A program made the position numbers and the translations under genes. The notes beneath the pieces were generated by a model, which saw nothing but the letters and a program-made list of their open reading frames with translations, had not been told where the DNA came from and made no database searches. Shown here in pieces: positions 9,361 through 19,182 of a stretch of 64,000 nucleotides of DNA. Location: positions 3,087 to 67,086 of the forward strand of contig JBFKAE010000002.1 in the NCBI GenBank assembly GCA_041621755.1. The letters run 5' to 3'. Position 1 is the stretch's first letter. Every line of letters starts with the position of its first letter. Origin of the DNA: Sphingomonadaceae bacterium (GTDB lineage: Bacteria > Pseudomonadota > Alphaproteobacteria > Sphingomonadales > Sphingomonadaceae).

Positions 9361-11421
9361 TTGAGAAACTTGCTAATGATTTCGGCCGCGACGCTGGCCT
9401 TGCCCGGGACCGCACTCGCTAGTGAGGCGGGCGACGAAAGCGGCAATACAATCCTCGTCATTGGCAAGTCCGATGGCTATCTCACCATTGACTCGGCTAC
9501 GGCAACCAAGACCGATACGCCGCTTATCGACGTACCCCAAACGATCAGCGCCGTAACTCGCGAACAGATCGAGGACCAGGCACATCGAAGTCTTGCGGAT
9601 GTCCTTCGCTACGTCCCGGGCGTCACCATCGGCCAGGGCGAAGGCAATCGTGACCAGATCACGTTGCGCGGGCAGAACACCACCGCCGACTTCTTCCTCG
9701 ATGGTGTGCGCGACGACGTCCAGTATTTTCGGAACCTCTATAACATCGAACGCGTCGAGGTCCTGAAAGGCCCTTATGCCCTCATCTTCGGTCGGGGCGG
9801 CGGCGGCGGCATTGTCAATCGTGTCCAGAAGACACCCTCCACCGACCGCTTCTTCATGGGCGGCGAGGTCAGCATCAACACGTTTGGCGCATGGGAAGTC
9901 GCTGCCGACGTGAACGCGCCCATTGCCGAAGGCGCGGCATTCCGCCTGAACGCCTTCTACGAGAAACTGAACAACCACCGCGATTTCTTCGACGGCGAGC
10001 GCTACGCGGTGAACCCCTACATCGCGTTCGAATTGGCCCCGGGCTGGAAGGCTGGGATTTCCTATGAGTACGTTCACGATGATCGCGTTACCGATCGCGG
10101 CATCCCGTCTCTGAACGGCGAGCCTCTGCCCGGTCATCGCGACACTTTCTTTGGTGTGCCCGACGTGAACCGCACGGGTCTCGAGGCCCACATCGTTAAG
10201 GCCCGTCTGGACGGTGAACTGGCCGAAGGCCTAAACTGGTCAACAACGCTGCTCTACGGCGACTACGACAAGTACTATACCAACGTTTACGCCAATGGCG
10301 CGGCGACCGGGTTAAACGGCACCGTAGCACTCTCAGGGTATACCGATCCGACCACACGGCAGAATTTTCTTGCGCAAAGCAATCTGGTCGCGGACGTTGA
10401 CTTCGGCGGGCTTGCCCACAAGATATTGCTTGGCGTTGAATACGGCGACCAGGGTTCGACCAACCAGCGTCGCAATGCGGCACTCTCCAACGGCACGCTC
10501 GACCTTTCCAACATCGTCTACCCGACGGTGACGTTCCCGGCCATCAGCCGCAACCGCACTTCGGACGTCGAGTTCTTCTCCGCCTACGCACAGGACCAGA
10601 TCAGCTTTGGGGCGCACGTCGATCTTGTAGTTGGACTTCGTTACGACCGGTTTCAGATCAAGGGTATCGACATTCAGGACGGCAACCGTCCTTTCGGCCG
10701 AAAAGACGAGAAATGGTCGCCGCGCATCGGCCTGATCCTGAAGCCGCAGGAGAATGTCTCGATCTACGGCAGCTACAGCCAGTCGTTCCTTCCACGCTCG
10801 GGCGACCAGTTCCTGACGCTCTCGACGAGCGACGAGGATCTCGCCCCCGAGAAGTTTACCAATTACGAGGTCGGCGCCAAGTGGGACATCCGGCCAGATA
10901 TCAATGTCACTCTCGCTCTGTTCCAGCTCGACCGAACCAACGCCACAACGCCGAATCCGGCCAACCCGGCAACCAGCATCGTTGCCGGCAAGACCCGGAC
11001 GCGCGGTACGGAACTCGCCGTCACCGGGCAGGTGCTTCCCGGTTGGCAAATAAGCGGCGGCTATACCTATCAGGACGCCAAGCTACGCGGCAACGAGTTC
11101 GTGCGCCTTGGTCAGGTGCCAAAGCACCAGTTTGCCTTGTGGAATCGGTATGACTTTAATCCATCAGTCGGATTTGGGCTCGGCGTCATTCACCAGTCCA
11201 GCCAGTTCGCGGCCAACCGCACTTCCGCGACAACCACACGGCTGCCTGGGTTCACGCGGGTCGACGCGGCATTCTTCTACACGATGAACGATACGGTGGA
11301 GTTCCAGGTCAATGTCGAGAACGTATTCGACGAAACCTATTTCGCGGACGCGCACAACAACAATAACATCACGCCTGGCGCGCCGATCAATGGGCGCTTT
11401 ACCGCCCGCATGCGTTTCTAG
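9361..11421 (+). CDS. TonB-dependent (siderophore-type) outer-membrane receptor
   Basis: 686 aa. Signal peptide, plug-domain motifs (DTPLIDVPQTISAVTREQIEDQ, RGQNTTADFFLDGVRD), beta-barrel repeats, and a terminal aromatic ...ARMRF. TTG start after AGGGGGA. Confidence 0.9.
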   Translation: MRNLLMISAATLALPGTALASEAGDESGNTILVIGKSDGYLTIDSATATKTDTPLIDVPQTISAVTREQIEDQAHRSLADVLRYVPGVTIGQGEGNRDQITLRGQNTTADFFLDGVRDDVQYFRNLYNIERVEVLKGPYALIFGRGGGGGIVNRVQKTPSTDRFFMGGEVSINTFGAWEVAADVNAPIAEGAAFRLNAFYEKLNNHRDFFDGERYAVNPYIAFELAPGWKAGISYEYVHDDRVTDRGIPSLNGEPLPGHRDTFFGVPDVNRTGLEAHIVKARLDGELAEGLNWSTTLLYGDYDKYYTNVYANGAATGLNGTVALSGYTDPTTRQNFLAQSNLVADVDFGGLAHKILLGVEYGDQGSTNQRRNAALSNGTLDLSNIVYPTVTFPAISRNRTSDVEFFSAYAQDQISFGAHVDLVVGLRYDRFQIKGIDIQDGNRPFGRKDEKWSPRIGLILKPQENVSIYGSYSQSFLPRSGDQFLTLSTSDEDLAPEKFTNYEVGAKWDIRPDINVTLALFQLDRTNATTPNPANPATSIVAGKTRTRGTELAVTGQVLPGWQISGGYTYQDAKLRGNEFVRLGQVPKHQFALWNRYDFNPSVGFGLGVIHQSSQFAANRTSATTTRLPGFTRVDAAFFYTMNDTVEFQVNVENVFDETYFADAHNNNNITPGAPINGRFTARMRF

Positions 11422-12281
11422 AGGCTGTTATGGACTTGTGAGTCTGAATGGATTCAAAGGCTTGGATGGAGACCTGTCGCAAGCCTTATCCATCTGACGT
11501 ATCCGATGAAGAATGGTCGCTGATCGTGCCGTATCTGACGCTGCAGCGCGAGGACGCGGGGCAGCGGGAACACAGCCTTCGCGAAGTATTCAACGGACTG
11601 CGCTATATCGTGAAGACCGGCGCGCCGTGGCGTTGGATGCCGAACGATCTGCCGCCGTGGGCGGCGGTCTACCAGCAGACGCGGCGGTGGCTGGCAGCGG
11701 GGTGCTTCGAGGCGCTGATCGACGATCTGCGGGTGGTGCTGCGTCTGGCGGCGGGCCGCAAGGCCGAGCCGAGTGCGGCAATCATCGACAGCCGGACCTT
11801 GCGCTCCACGCCGGAAAGCGGTGAGCGTGGTGGATATGACGGAGCCAAGCGCAAGAAGGGCTCCAAACTGCATATCGCGGTCGATACGCTGGGCCACCTG
11901 CTCGCCCTCCATGTCACGCCTGCCAGCGCCCAGGATCGTGGCGAAGTCGAGAAACTCGCCAAAACCATCCAGGCCGTCACCGACGATAGCGTCGAGATCG
12001 CCTGGGTCGATCAGGGCTATACCGGCGAGCGTGCCGAGCAGGCTGCGGCCAGGCATGGCATCGACCTCAAGGTCGTCAAATTGCCCGAGGCCAAGCGCGG
12101 TTTCGTCCTGCTGCCGCGCCGATGGGTCGGCGAACGATCCTTCGCGTGGGCCACCCGGTTCCGAAGGCTCGTCAAGGATTACGAGCGATATGCCCAAACC
12201 CTCGCCGGCCTCCACCTCGTCGCCTTCGCCACCATCATGACCAAACAGGTCGCTGCCCTTGTCGCAGGTTCATAACAGCCT
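11422..12281 (+). mobile_element. IS5-family insertion sequence (about 860 bp) with 4-bp CTAG target duplication
   Basis: Terminal inverted repeats AGGCTGTTATGGACTTGTGAG (left) and, read as reverse complement, AGGCTGTTATGAACCTGCGAC (right). They are flanked by CTAG at 11418-11421 and 12282-12285. A single DDE transposase ORF lies inside. Confidence 0.85.
11448..12275 (+). CDS. IS5-family DDE transposase
   Basis: 275 aa. N-terminal YPSDVSDEEWSLIVPYL, then DSRTLRST, HIAVDTLGHLL, WVDQGYTG and RWVGERSFAW motifs typical of IS5/IS427-like transposases. Confidence 0.9.
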   Translation: MDSKAWMETCRKPYPSDVSDEEWSLIVPYLTLQREDAGQREHSLREVFNGLRYIVKTGAPWRWMPNDLPPWAAVYQQTRRWLAAGCFEALIDDLRVVLRLAAGRKAEPSAAIIDSRTLRSTPESGERGGYDGAKRKKGSKLHIAVDTLGHLLALHVTPASAQDRGEVEKLAKTIQAVTDDSVEIAWVDQGYTGERAEQAAARHGIDLKVVKLPEAKRGFVLLPRRWVGERSFAWATRFRRLVKDYERYAQTLAGLHLVAFATIMTKQVAALVAGS

Positions 12282-12686
12282 CTAGGCGGCGCGCTCGCCC
12301 ATCCACGGGGGATGGCGTTCAACGTCGTCCTCTATGGGGTGCCTTTGCTTTGTTATCGGCTTGTACCAGTGACACCAGCTTCATGCCTACAATGGAGCGG
12401 TATCTTCTCTGCTGCCAATCCCGATGAGCCGAAGACAATTCGAGTCGTTGCTCAGCCATGCGAATGTCCGGACAACCAGAGCCAGATACGCAGCCTTGAA
12501 TGTTCGGTTGCTTTTGCGCCGAAGCAATAACATCAGGGTTTGCTCGCCATCTGGCCCGCGCGGCATAGCTGCAACGGCGAGGAGCGCATGAAAGTGACTT
12601 TCCCGCGCCGTTGACACGAACGACTCGATTTGGTTGATGGCGTATGCGCAATCCCTCGGGAAAGCACGCGCCACATGGTGCGTGAA

Positions 12687-13547
12687 ATGAAATTCTTGAA
12701 GCTTGTGACAATCGCAATCCTGCTTGCTTGCGGTGCGATGCCATCCGCAGCGCGTGAAGTCGATCTGCTGCAATTTGGCCATAATCTCTCGATCGAAGAG
12801 ACATCCGCATCACCAACCAGTGATACCAAAGCCCTTGAAGCCATTTCTGGCAGGTTGCGGGAATACTTCGAAGGCCGCCCGGAAGGACATGCCAATGCCC
12901 CTCCCGCGCCATTGCGGTCAGCCTACGACATTTCGGCATCGCAGATCGCTGGATCAGGCCGGGCCCGCTGGGGTCTTCAAACAATCGGTCCTGCCTGCGA
13001 AGACGCGTCATATTCCCCAACCTGGTGGCTCCCACGCTCAGTCGAGGCCCGCCGCGCCGCGTACTTCAGCGCGATTGTCAATGTCGCCTGCGAGAATGGC
13101 GTCCCGGCACGGTTGCTCGATGCGGTGATCGCCCGGGAATCCGGCTACAATTCACTAGCGATCAGCAGTGCTGGCGCTATGGGTATCATGCAAATCATGC
13201 CGGGGACTGCGCGAGCACTCGGCCTGTCACGCCCTTACGACCCTATCGCCAACATGCGGGCCGGGGCGCGATATCTGCGCCAGCAACTTGAACGCTTTGG
13301 CCGGGTCGATCTGGCGCTCGCTGCCTACAACGCCGGACCAGAACGGCGAACGCTTCAACAGGGTACTGTTCCCCGCATTCCGGAAACCCTTAACTACGTG
13401 CGCGCGATCATGACGGACTTGGCCCGTCTTGCAGAGCTTGACCGTCCAGGCTCAATTTCAGTTGATCGCGCACAGGCGGCAATGTCTGCCGTCAACGCTT
13501 CCACCTATCGTACCGTAGAGTTTATGGGCTACACCGGATCAAGGTAA
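12687..13547 (+). CDS. lytic transglycosylase (SLT domain), transfer-associated
   Basis: ATG at 12687 gives signal peptide MKFLKLVTIAILLACGAMPSAA. SLT motifs ARESGYN, GAMGIMQIMPGTA and AYNAGP. Confidence 0.85.
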   Translation: MKFLKLVTIAILLACGAMPSAAREVDLLQFGHNLSIEETSASPTSDTKALEAISGRLREYFEGRPEGHANAPPAPLRSAYDISASQIAGSGRARWGLQTIGPACEDASYSPTWWLPRSVEARRAAYFSAIVNVACENGVPARLLDAVIARESGYNSLAISSAGAMGIMQIMPGTARALGLSRPYDPIANMRAGARYLRQQLERFGRVDLALAAYNAGPERRTLQQGTVPRIPETLNYVRAIMTDLARLAELDRPGSISVDRAQAAMSAVNASTYRTVEFMGYTGSR

Positions 13548-13581
13548 AGCCCACCGATGAGGCTGCGAACTCGTTTTTCCT

Positions 13582-14103
13582 TCAGTCCTGCAGCGAGCGA
13601 TCGGCCTCGAGTACGCGTTCCTGATGCGCAAGCAGCATCTCGTATGCGCGGCCGAGAGCCTCGTGTATGAGCTGCGGACGGATCGCAACATGGAGTTCGC
13701 CGCGCCGGCAAGAGACGACCTCGCAATAGAACCCCTTCATGGCTTCGCAAACAAGAAGGATGGCCGGATCGTCATAGGCCGTAAAATCATGGAGAAGCGC
13801 GACACAAAACTTGGCCCGGACGTAATCGATGCCAAGCGCCTCAAACAGACGGTCTCGCAGGTCGTCGACTAGGGCTGCACCCTGGCGCAAGACTTTGTGA
13901 AGCCGTGAGCGGCCAACACCGAGTCGATCGGCAAGATGGGCGAGCGGCAGCGCCTGTTTCGCGGCTTGATCCGTGATCAGCAGCCTGTATTGATCCTGCT
14001 CGGTCAACCGCGGCGCTGGTGGCGCAAACGAGAAGGCGGAATCGTCAGCCGTCTGGGCCTTCGGCTTGAAGGCCGTTTCCGGCGTCAAGGTTCGGTGCGG
14101 CAT
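13582..14103 (-). CDS. hypothetical protein, possible HTH regulator
   Basis: ATG at 14103 preceded by GGGAGGG. The central segment LPLAHLADRLGVGRSRLHKVLRQG looks like a helix-turn-helix. It lies upstream of the tra operon. Confidence 0.45.
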   Translation of the reverse strand: MPHRTLTPETAFKPKAQTADDSAFSFAPPAPRLTEQDQYRLLITDQAAKQALPLAHLADRLGVGRSRLHKVLRQGAALVDDLRDRLFEALGIDYVRAKFCVALLHDFTAYDDPAILLVCEAMKGFYCEVVSCRRGELHVAIRPQLIHEALGRAYEMLLAHQERVLEADRSLQD

Positions 14104-14193
14104 TGAGAGACCCTCCCGCACCAATCGCTCTATGGGATACCATAAGATGTCAAGAGCGTGAAACGCTGAATTTTGCGAACTATTGGGTCCAAT

Positions 14194-14562
14194 TCAGAAT
14201 TGATTATTTGTGCGTGCAAGCCAGACTACGAATGCAATCACGACCCTGTCGTGCATGACCTTGCCACAGGTATCCGCGATTTTATGGCGGATCCAATCAT
14301 AATCTTCGATCCAGTCGGGTTTGACTTCGAGCCAGATCGAGATCTGTCCATCGAGTGGATAACGAGAGAGGAACCTCTCGACATCCTCGCGCGCAAACGT
14401 AAGGCTTTTCGCGCGTTCACAGGCGTGCTGGACTGTCGAACGCAAGCTCCGGAACCTGCTTGTGGTCTTGGAAAATTCGCACATGGCATCGGCCAGGAGC
14501 GCGAAGCACTCCCGGCTCACGGTTATGCGTATGTTGCGCGTCCCGCCGGCCACCGACTGCAT
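14194..14562 (-). CDS. hypothetical protein
   Basis: 122-aa ORF with protein-like composition. No recognisable domain. Confidence 0.35.
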   Translation of the reverse strand: MQSVAGGTRNIRITVSRECFALLADAMCEFSKTTSRFRSLRSTVQHACERAKSLTFAREDVERFLSRYPLDGQISIWLEVKPDWIEDYDWIRHKIADTCGKVMHDRVVIAFVVWLARTNNQF

Positions 14563-14900
14563 TCGCGTGCGCCTCCATGCAGACGCAATTATGAGCCAGA
14601 ATCGTTAATTTCCCGAGTCGCAGCACTCTGATGGCGATTCGCGAGCCGCAATTTCCAACCTGGAAACCGCTATTTCCTTGACGGGAATACCTATTTCCCA
14701 TTTCTGGAGACGGCGGCCCCCGACCCGGCACAGGTAATTCCGATCCCGGAAATCCCAACCTTTCAACCTTTCCCGATTCGGCAATTCTATCGCAGTGCAC
14801 ACGCGATGCGCTGCAACTGCCGATTGCCGCGCGAGTTCCATCGCTGTCCTTTTGACCCGGCCGGCAACAACGCGGCTGACGCAGCAGGAAGGACGAGACG

Positions 14901-15215
14901 ATGCAATTGATGATCAAGGGGAGGGGAAGGGCGCTCGCGCAAGGCGCAGCAGCTGTCGCGATCGCGGCGCTGTTGGGAAGCAGCGCGGCCTTTGCCGGCG
15001 CGGACGCCACGTTCAACACGGCGCTCACCGCGTTCACCGGTTTCCTCGAAGGCTCGGGCGGCAAGATCATCACCGTGCTCAGCCTCGCCGGCGGCATCGT
15101 CGGGCTCGCCTCGGGCCGCTTCAGCCTCGGCCAGGTCGCGATCCCCGTCGGCGTAGGCGTCGGCGCGGGCACGGGCGTGCCGATCGTCACCGCCGCGGTC
15201 ACCGCGACGATCTGA
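14901..15215 (+). CDS. traA: F-type conjugative pilin precursor TraA
   Basis: 104 aa. Long leader ending AFA, then two hydrophobic segments rich in G/A/V (GGKIITVLSLAGGIVGLA, GVGVGAGTGVPIVTAAV). First gene of the traL-E-K-B operon. Confidence 0.8.
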   Translation: MQLMIKGRGRALAQGAAAVAIAALLGSSAAFAGADATFNTALTAFTGFLEGSGGKIITVLSLAGGIVGLASGRFSLGQVAIPVGVGVGAGTGVPIVTAAVTATI

Positions 15216-15275
15216 ACCATTCACCGTTTCCGGCCAGGGGTTCTCGCATGGTCCCGCGCCGGAACAGCCAAGAGG

Positions 15276-15572
15276 GTGGCGGCGGCAATGAACCGGTACA
15301 CGGTCCCAGCACATCTCGATGACCCGGAGCTGATCGGCTTCTGGACGCTCGACGAGTTCATCGCGATGATCGTGCCCTTCGCCTGGGGCGTCCTGTCTCA
15401 ACATATTCTGATTGGGCTCTTTGCAAGCGTGCTGGCCTGGTGGGGATTGCGCAAGTTGAAGGCAGGCCGCGCGGTCTCGTGGATCATCCATACCGCCTAC
15501 TGGTACCTGCCGGGCTCCTTCATGGGCCTCAAGGCGACGCCACCCTCGCACCTTCGCGTGATGGCAGGCTGA
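15276..15572 (+). CDS. traL: type IV conjugative transfer system protein TraL
   Basis: 98 aa. MNRYTVPAHLDDPELIGFWTLDEFI plus one TM, matching the TraL (F-type) pattern. The start may be the ATG at 15288. Confidence 0.85.
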   Translation: MAAAMNRYTVPAHLDDPELIGFWTLDEFIAMIVPFAWGVLSQHILIGLFASVLAWWGLRKLKAGRAVSWIIHTAYWYLPGSFMGLKATPPSHLRVMAG

Positions 15573-15573
15573 T

Positions 15574-16146
15574 ATGGACCTTTCGATCTCGCACAACCAG
15601 GCACAGCGCCTGCTCCGTCAGCGCAATCACCTCGCGATCGGCTGCGCGCTGCTGTTCGGCATCTGCGTACTGCTGACGCTGACCGCGGCAAGCCGCGACA
15701 GGGAAGTGGTGCTGCAGCCGGTGCTCGCCAAACCGCTAACCCTGTCCTCGAGCCATGTCGACAAGGATTATCTCGAGCTCGTCACCCGCGATGCCGCGCT
15801 GTTGACGCTCAACCGTTCGCCGTCGAACCTGCAATACTGGATGAATTCGATCCTCGAGATCACCGATCCCAGAACTCACGGCCGCATGAAGGCCGAGCTG
15901 ATGAAGATCATGAGCGAGCAGAACGGCTCGAACGTCTCACAGTATTTCACGATCGAAAAGCTGAGCGTCGACCCCCAGGAACTGACCAGCGAAGTCAACG
16001 GCATCCTGCACACTGTCGTCGGCTCGAAGGAAGTGACAGCCGAGGCGCGCACCTTTCGCTTCGTCTGGTCCTACTCGGGGGTGAGCCTGAAACTCGCCGG
16101 GTTCGGACAAGTAACGGATAAAGACAAGAACGGAGGCGAGGCATGA
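15574..16146 (+). CDS. traE: TraE
   Basis: 190 aa, N-terminal TM anchor, position between traL and traK, TraE-like sequence. Confidence 0.85.
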   Translation: MDLSISHNQAQRLLRQRNHLAIGCALLFGICVLLTLTAASRDREVVLQPVLAKPLTLSSSHVDKDYLELVTRDAALLTLNRSPSNLQYWMNSILEITDPRTHGRMKAELMKIMSEQNGSNVSQYFTIEKLSVDPQELTSEVNGILHTVVGSKEVTAEARTFRFVWSYSGVSLKLAGFGQVTDKDKNGGEA

Positions 16147-16952
16147 TCGCCCCGATCTCGTGGAACCTCGCCTGGGGCCTGGTGGGTGCCGGCACGGCCC
16201 TTGCCAGCAGGCCGCTCGCTTTCGTTGGGCGACCTCTGGGCGGCGTGCTCATCGCGATTGGCCTGGCCGGGCTCGCGAGCCCCGCGCTTGCCGACCAGAA
16301 CGTGCTCACCGCTGACAACGGCACGGTGCAGTGCGTGGCCTCGGCGAAGGACCTTACCCGCATCAGTCTGGCCGGCGACCAGTTCGCCTCGGTCTCGAAG
16401 ATCTCGACCGGTAATCCGGCCGAAGACTTCAAGATCGTCAACGAGCCGGTGCGCGGCGACATCTACATCTCGGTGCCCGACGGTTTCCCGCGCGCCGCCA
16501 TCTCGTTCTTCGGCACGACCCGCAAGGGCTATGTCTACAAATTCGTCTGCCAGGTGCGTGGGCAGGAAGCCGAGCAGGTGTTCGTCGCCAACGAGGCGAT
16601 CGCCAGCGATCGCGCCCGCGACTGGGAACTGCGCACCTCGCCCGAGGATGCAGCGGTACGGCTTGCGCAGGCGATGTACCGGGGCGAGCCTATCGAAGGC
16701 TATGACATGCGCGCCTCGGTGCTCGAGCCGGTGCGGATTGGCCCGCTCGAAGTGCAGCAGGTCGGCGAATGGCGCGGTGCGGAATTGAAGGGCCTCGTCC
16801 TCAAGGTGCGCAACACCGGGCGCGCGACCCAGAACCTCGATGAGACCGTGCTCGCCGCGCGCGGCAGCCTCGCCTTCATGACCCCGGTGAGCGCCATCGG
16901 CCCCGGCGAGGAAGCCGCCGTCTACCTCATCCAGTCGAGCGGAGGACGCTGA
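16143..16952 (+). CDS. traK: TraK (F-type secretin-like core component)
   Basis: 269 aa, signal peptide, ATGA overlap with traE, TraK-like sequence and position. Confidence 0.85.
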   Translation: MIAPISWNLAWGLVGAGTALASRPLAFVGRPLGGVLIAIGLAGLASPALADQNVLTADNGTVQCVASAKDLTRISLAGDQFASVSKISTGNPAEDFKIVNEPVRGDIYISVPDGFPRAAISFFGTTRKGYVYKFVCQVRGQEAEQVFVANEAIASDRARDWELRTSPEDAAVRLAQAMYRGEPIEGYDMRASVLEPVRIGPLEVQQVGEWRGAELKGLVLKVRNTGRATQNLDETVLAARGSLAFMTPVSAIGPGEEAAVYLIQSSGGR

Positions 16953-18310
16953 TGGACTTGCGAAGCCTCTTCCAGAAAAAGCCCAAGGCGCTCGACGTCC
17001 CCGATGACGACGATACCGCCCCGCTGGGCGATGCCATGGCGGCAAATGATGCCGCGCGGCGCAAGCAAATGCTGCTGCTCGGCGGGGCGGGGGCAGCGGC
17101 GCTCATCGTTGGCTCGCTCTACATCTTCGATGACGGTCCGGGCAAGGGCGAGGCCGAACTTACCGAAGCGGTCGAGGGCATCTCGGTCGACGAGATGGTC
17201 AACAAGAACATGGCCGAGAAGGAATGGCGCGCGCAGTCCGAAGCGCAGATGATGTCGATGGATACCAACATGCGCGCGCTGGCAGCGCGCGCCGAACGCG
17301 CCGACCAACTCGAAGCCCAACTGGCGCGCGAGCAGGGCGCAAGCGTTTCGCCCGACACCGAACGCGTCCTCTCAGCCTACCAGGCGGAGAACGAACAGCT
17401 GCGCGCAGCGCTCGCCGCCGCGCGCCAGTCGCCGGTCATGCCTGCTGGCGGACCCAATGCGCTTTACGGGCGAACCAGTCCACCGGAATATCAGGTGGCG
17501 GGCTCGCCCCGCAGCGGTGCCAATGGCACGACACCTGCGGGAGAGGCGGCCGCAGCAGCGGCGGGCCTGCCGGGACGCGGCAGCGAAGTGAGCATGATCT
17601 CGTTCGGCGAGGGAAGCCCGAGCGGTAACGGATCGCCGGTACCCAAGGGCAACACAATCTATACCGACAGCGCCAATTACCTGCCGCCCAATTCGATCGC
17701 TCTGGCGCGGGTGATCGTCGGCGTCGACGCCAATGCCGGCGTCCAGAGCCAGACCGATCCGTTGCCGGTGGTGCTGCGCATCACGGGGCCTGCGCGCTCG
17801 GTCTATGACAACGGGCGCCTGCTCACGACCAATATCTCGGGCTGTCTCGTAAACGGGGCTGCGCGCGGCGACCTTTCTTCCGAGAAAGTCTACGTCAAGC
17901 TCCAGCGCATGACCTGCCCGCAGCCGAACGGGCGCTACGCGGTTTCCGAGGTCAAGGGGTTCATCGCCTTTGGCGGCAAGACCGGGGTGAGGGGCCGGGT
18001 GGTGAGCCGCGAAGGCGCGCTGGTCGGCCAGGCGTTCCTCGCAGGGCTGGCCGGCGGGTTCGGACGCGGGTTCTCGGCGAACACCAGCTCGATCCTTACC
18101 GGCACCAATGTGACGGTCGACGGCAAACGCCAGCGGCTCGGCACCGGCGAGATCCTCGAAGGAGGCCTTGGTGAAGGCGTCGCGACCTCAGCCGACATGG
18201 TCTCCAAATATTTGATCGAGCGGGCCGAACAATACCAGCCCGTAATCGAAATGCCGACCGGAATCGATGTCGAGATCGTCTTCCTCGAAGGCGTGTTCAT
18301 CAACGGATGA
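16952..18310 (+). CDS. traB: TraB (VirB10-like)
   Basis: 452 aa. N-terminal TM, coiled coil, Pro/Gly-rich linker, and a C-terminal VirB10-like beta domain. Synteny traK-traB. Confidence 0.85.
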   Translation: MDLRSLFQKKPKALDVPDDDDTAPLGDAMAANDAARRKQMLLLGGAGAAALIVGSLYIFDDGPGKGEAELTEAVEGISVDEMVNKNMAEKEWRAQSEAQMMSMDTNMRALAARAERADQLEAQLAREQGASVSPDTERVLSAYQAENEQLRAALAAARQSPVMPAGGPNALYGRTSPPEYQVAGSPRSGANGTTPAGEAAAAAAGLPGRGSEVSMISFGEGSPSGNGSPVPKGNTIYTDSANYLPPNSIALARVIVGVDANAGVQSQTDPLPVVLRITGPARSVYDNGRLLTTNISGCLVNGAARGDLSSEKVYVKLQRMTCPQPNGRYAVSEVKGFIAFGGKTGVRGRVVSREGALVGQAFLAGLAGGFGRGFSANTSSILTGTNVTVDGKRQRLGTGEILEGGLGEGVATSADMVSKYLIERAEQYQPVIEMPTGIDVEIVFLEGVFING

Positions 18311-18321
18311 GGAGGGATACG

Positions 18322-19182
18322 ATGCAATGGAAACGCCTTGGCTGGGCCCTGTCGGCAATCGCGCTCGGGAGCGGCGCCTCGCTGGTCTGGGCCAATGCCG
18401 GCGAGGGCAGGGGAGCGCAGTCTTCCGATGCCGATGCGACGGTTGCCGACTTGCTCAAGGCGCGTTTGCCGCGAACGCAGGTCTCGAAGATTGATTGCCA
18501 GGTGGTCGATGGAATTTGCGAAGTGACCGCTGGCTCGCAGCTCTTCTACGTCGACAGGAGCGCACGCTACCTCCTGATCGGGCGGGTCTACGACATGGAG
18601 ACGCGCCAGGACCTGACTGCGGTGCGCCTGCTCGAAGTCAATCCTGACCTCCTGGTCGGCGGCGCGGCAGGAAGCCGGCGCGAAGCCGAGGAAGTCGAAG
18701 CGCCAAGGCGTGGGGTTAGCACGGCTGCCGCAGCCAGATCGGCTGCGACCGGCAGCCCCCGGACGATGTCGCTTGCCGCACTGCCCGAGGCCGGCGGCAT
18801 CGTCTGGGGCAATCCTTCGGGCAAGACAGTCACGGTCTTCAGCGATTTTCGCTGTGGCTACTGCCGCGCGCTGGCGAGCGAACTCGAGGCGATGAATGTG
18901 CGCGTCATCGAGCGGCCGATCTCGCTGCTTGGCAGCCGCGATCTTGCCAACCAGGTGTTCTGCGCGCGCGACCGGCGCAAGGCGATCAAAGCCGCCTATG
19001 CCGGCGCACCGATTACCGACACCCGCGCCTGCGATACCTCGCCGCTCGATGCCAACGAGCGCTTCGCGCGCGAGCAGGGGATTGCCGGGACGCCAGTCAT
19101 CGTGCGCTCGGACGGCGCGGTCATCGAAGGCTTCCGTCCGCGCGCCTTCCTCGAGGCCTGGATCAAGGGAGCGACCTCGTGA
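18322..19182 (+). CDS. DsbC/TrbB-like thiol:disulfide isomerase
   Basis: ATG at 18322 after GAGGAGGGA. Signal peptide, and a thioredoxin fold with active-site CGYC (SDFRCGYCRAL). Confidence 0.75.
   Translation: MQWKRLGWALSAIALGSGASLVWANAGEGRGAQSSDADATVADLLKARLPRTQVSKIDCQVVDGICEVTAGSQLFYVDRSARYLLIGRVYDMETRQDLTAVRLLEVNPDLLVGGAAGSRREAEEVEAPRRGVSTAAAARSAATGSPRTMSLAALPEAGGIVWGNPSGKTVTVFSDFRCGYCRALASELEAMNVRVIERPISLLGSRDLANQVFCARDRRKAIKAAYAGAPITDTRACDTSPLDANERFAREQGIAGTPVIVRSDGAVIEGFRPRAFLEAWIKGATS

Noticed and set aside
12286-12690. Minus-strand ORFs 12319..13035 and 12387..12782 between the IS and the SLT gene
   Set aside because: Part of the 131-aa frame looks protein-like (HFHALLAVAAMPRGPDGEQTLMLLL...). 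However, it overlaps the SLT start, has no clear start or RBS, and has no recognisable family. It is possibly a gene remnant truncated by the IS insertion. I did not call it.
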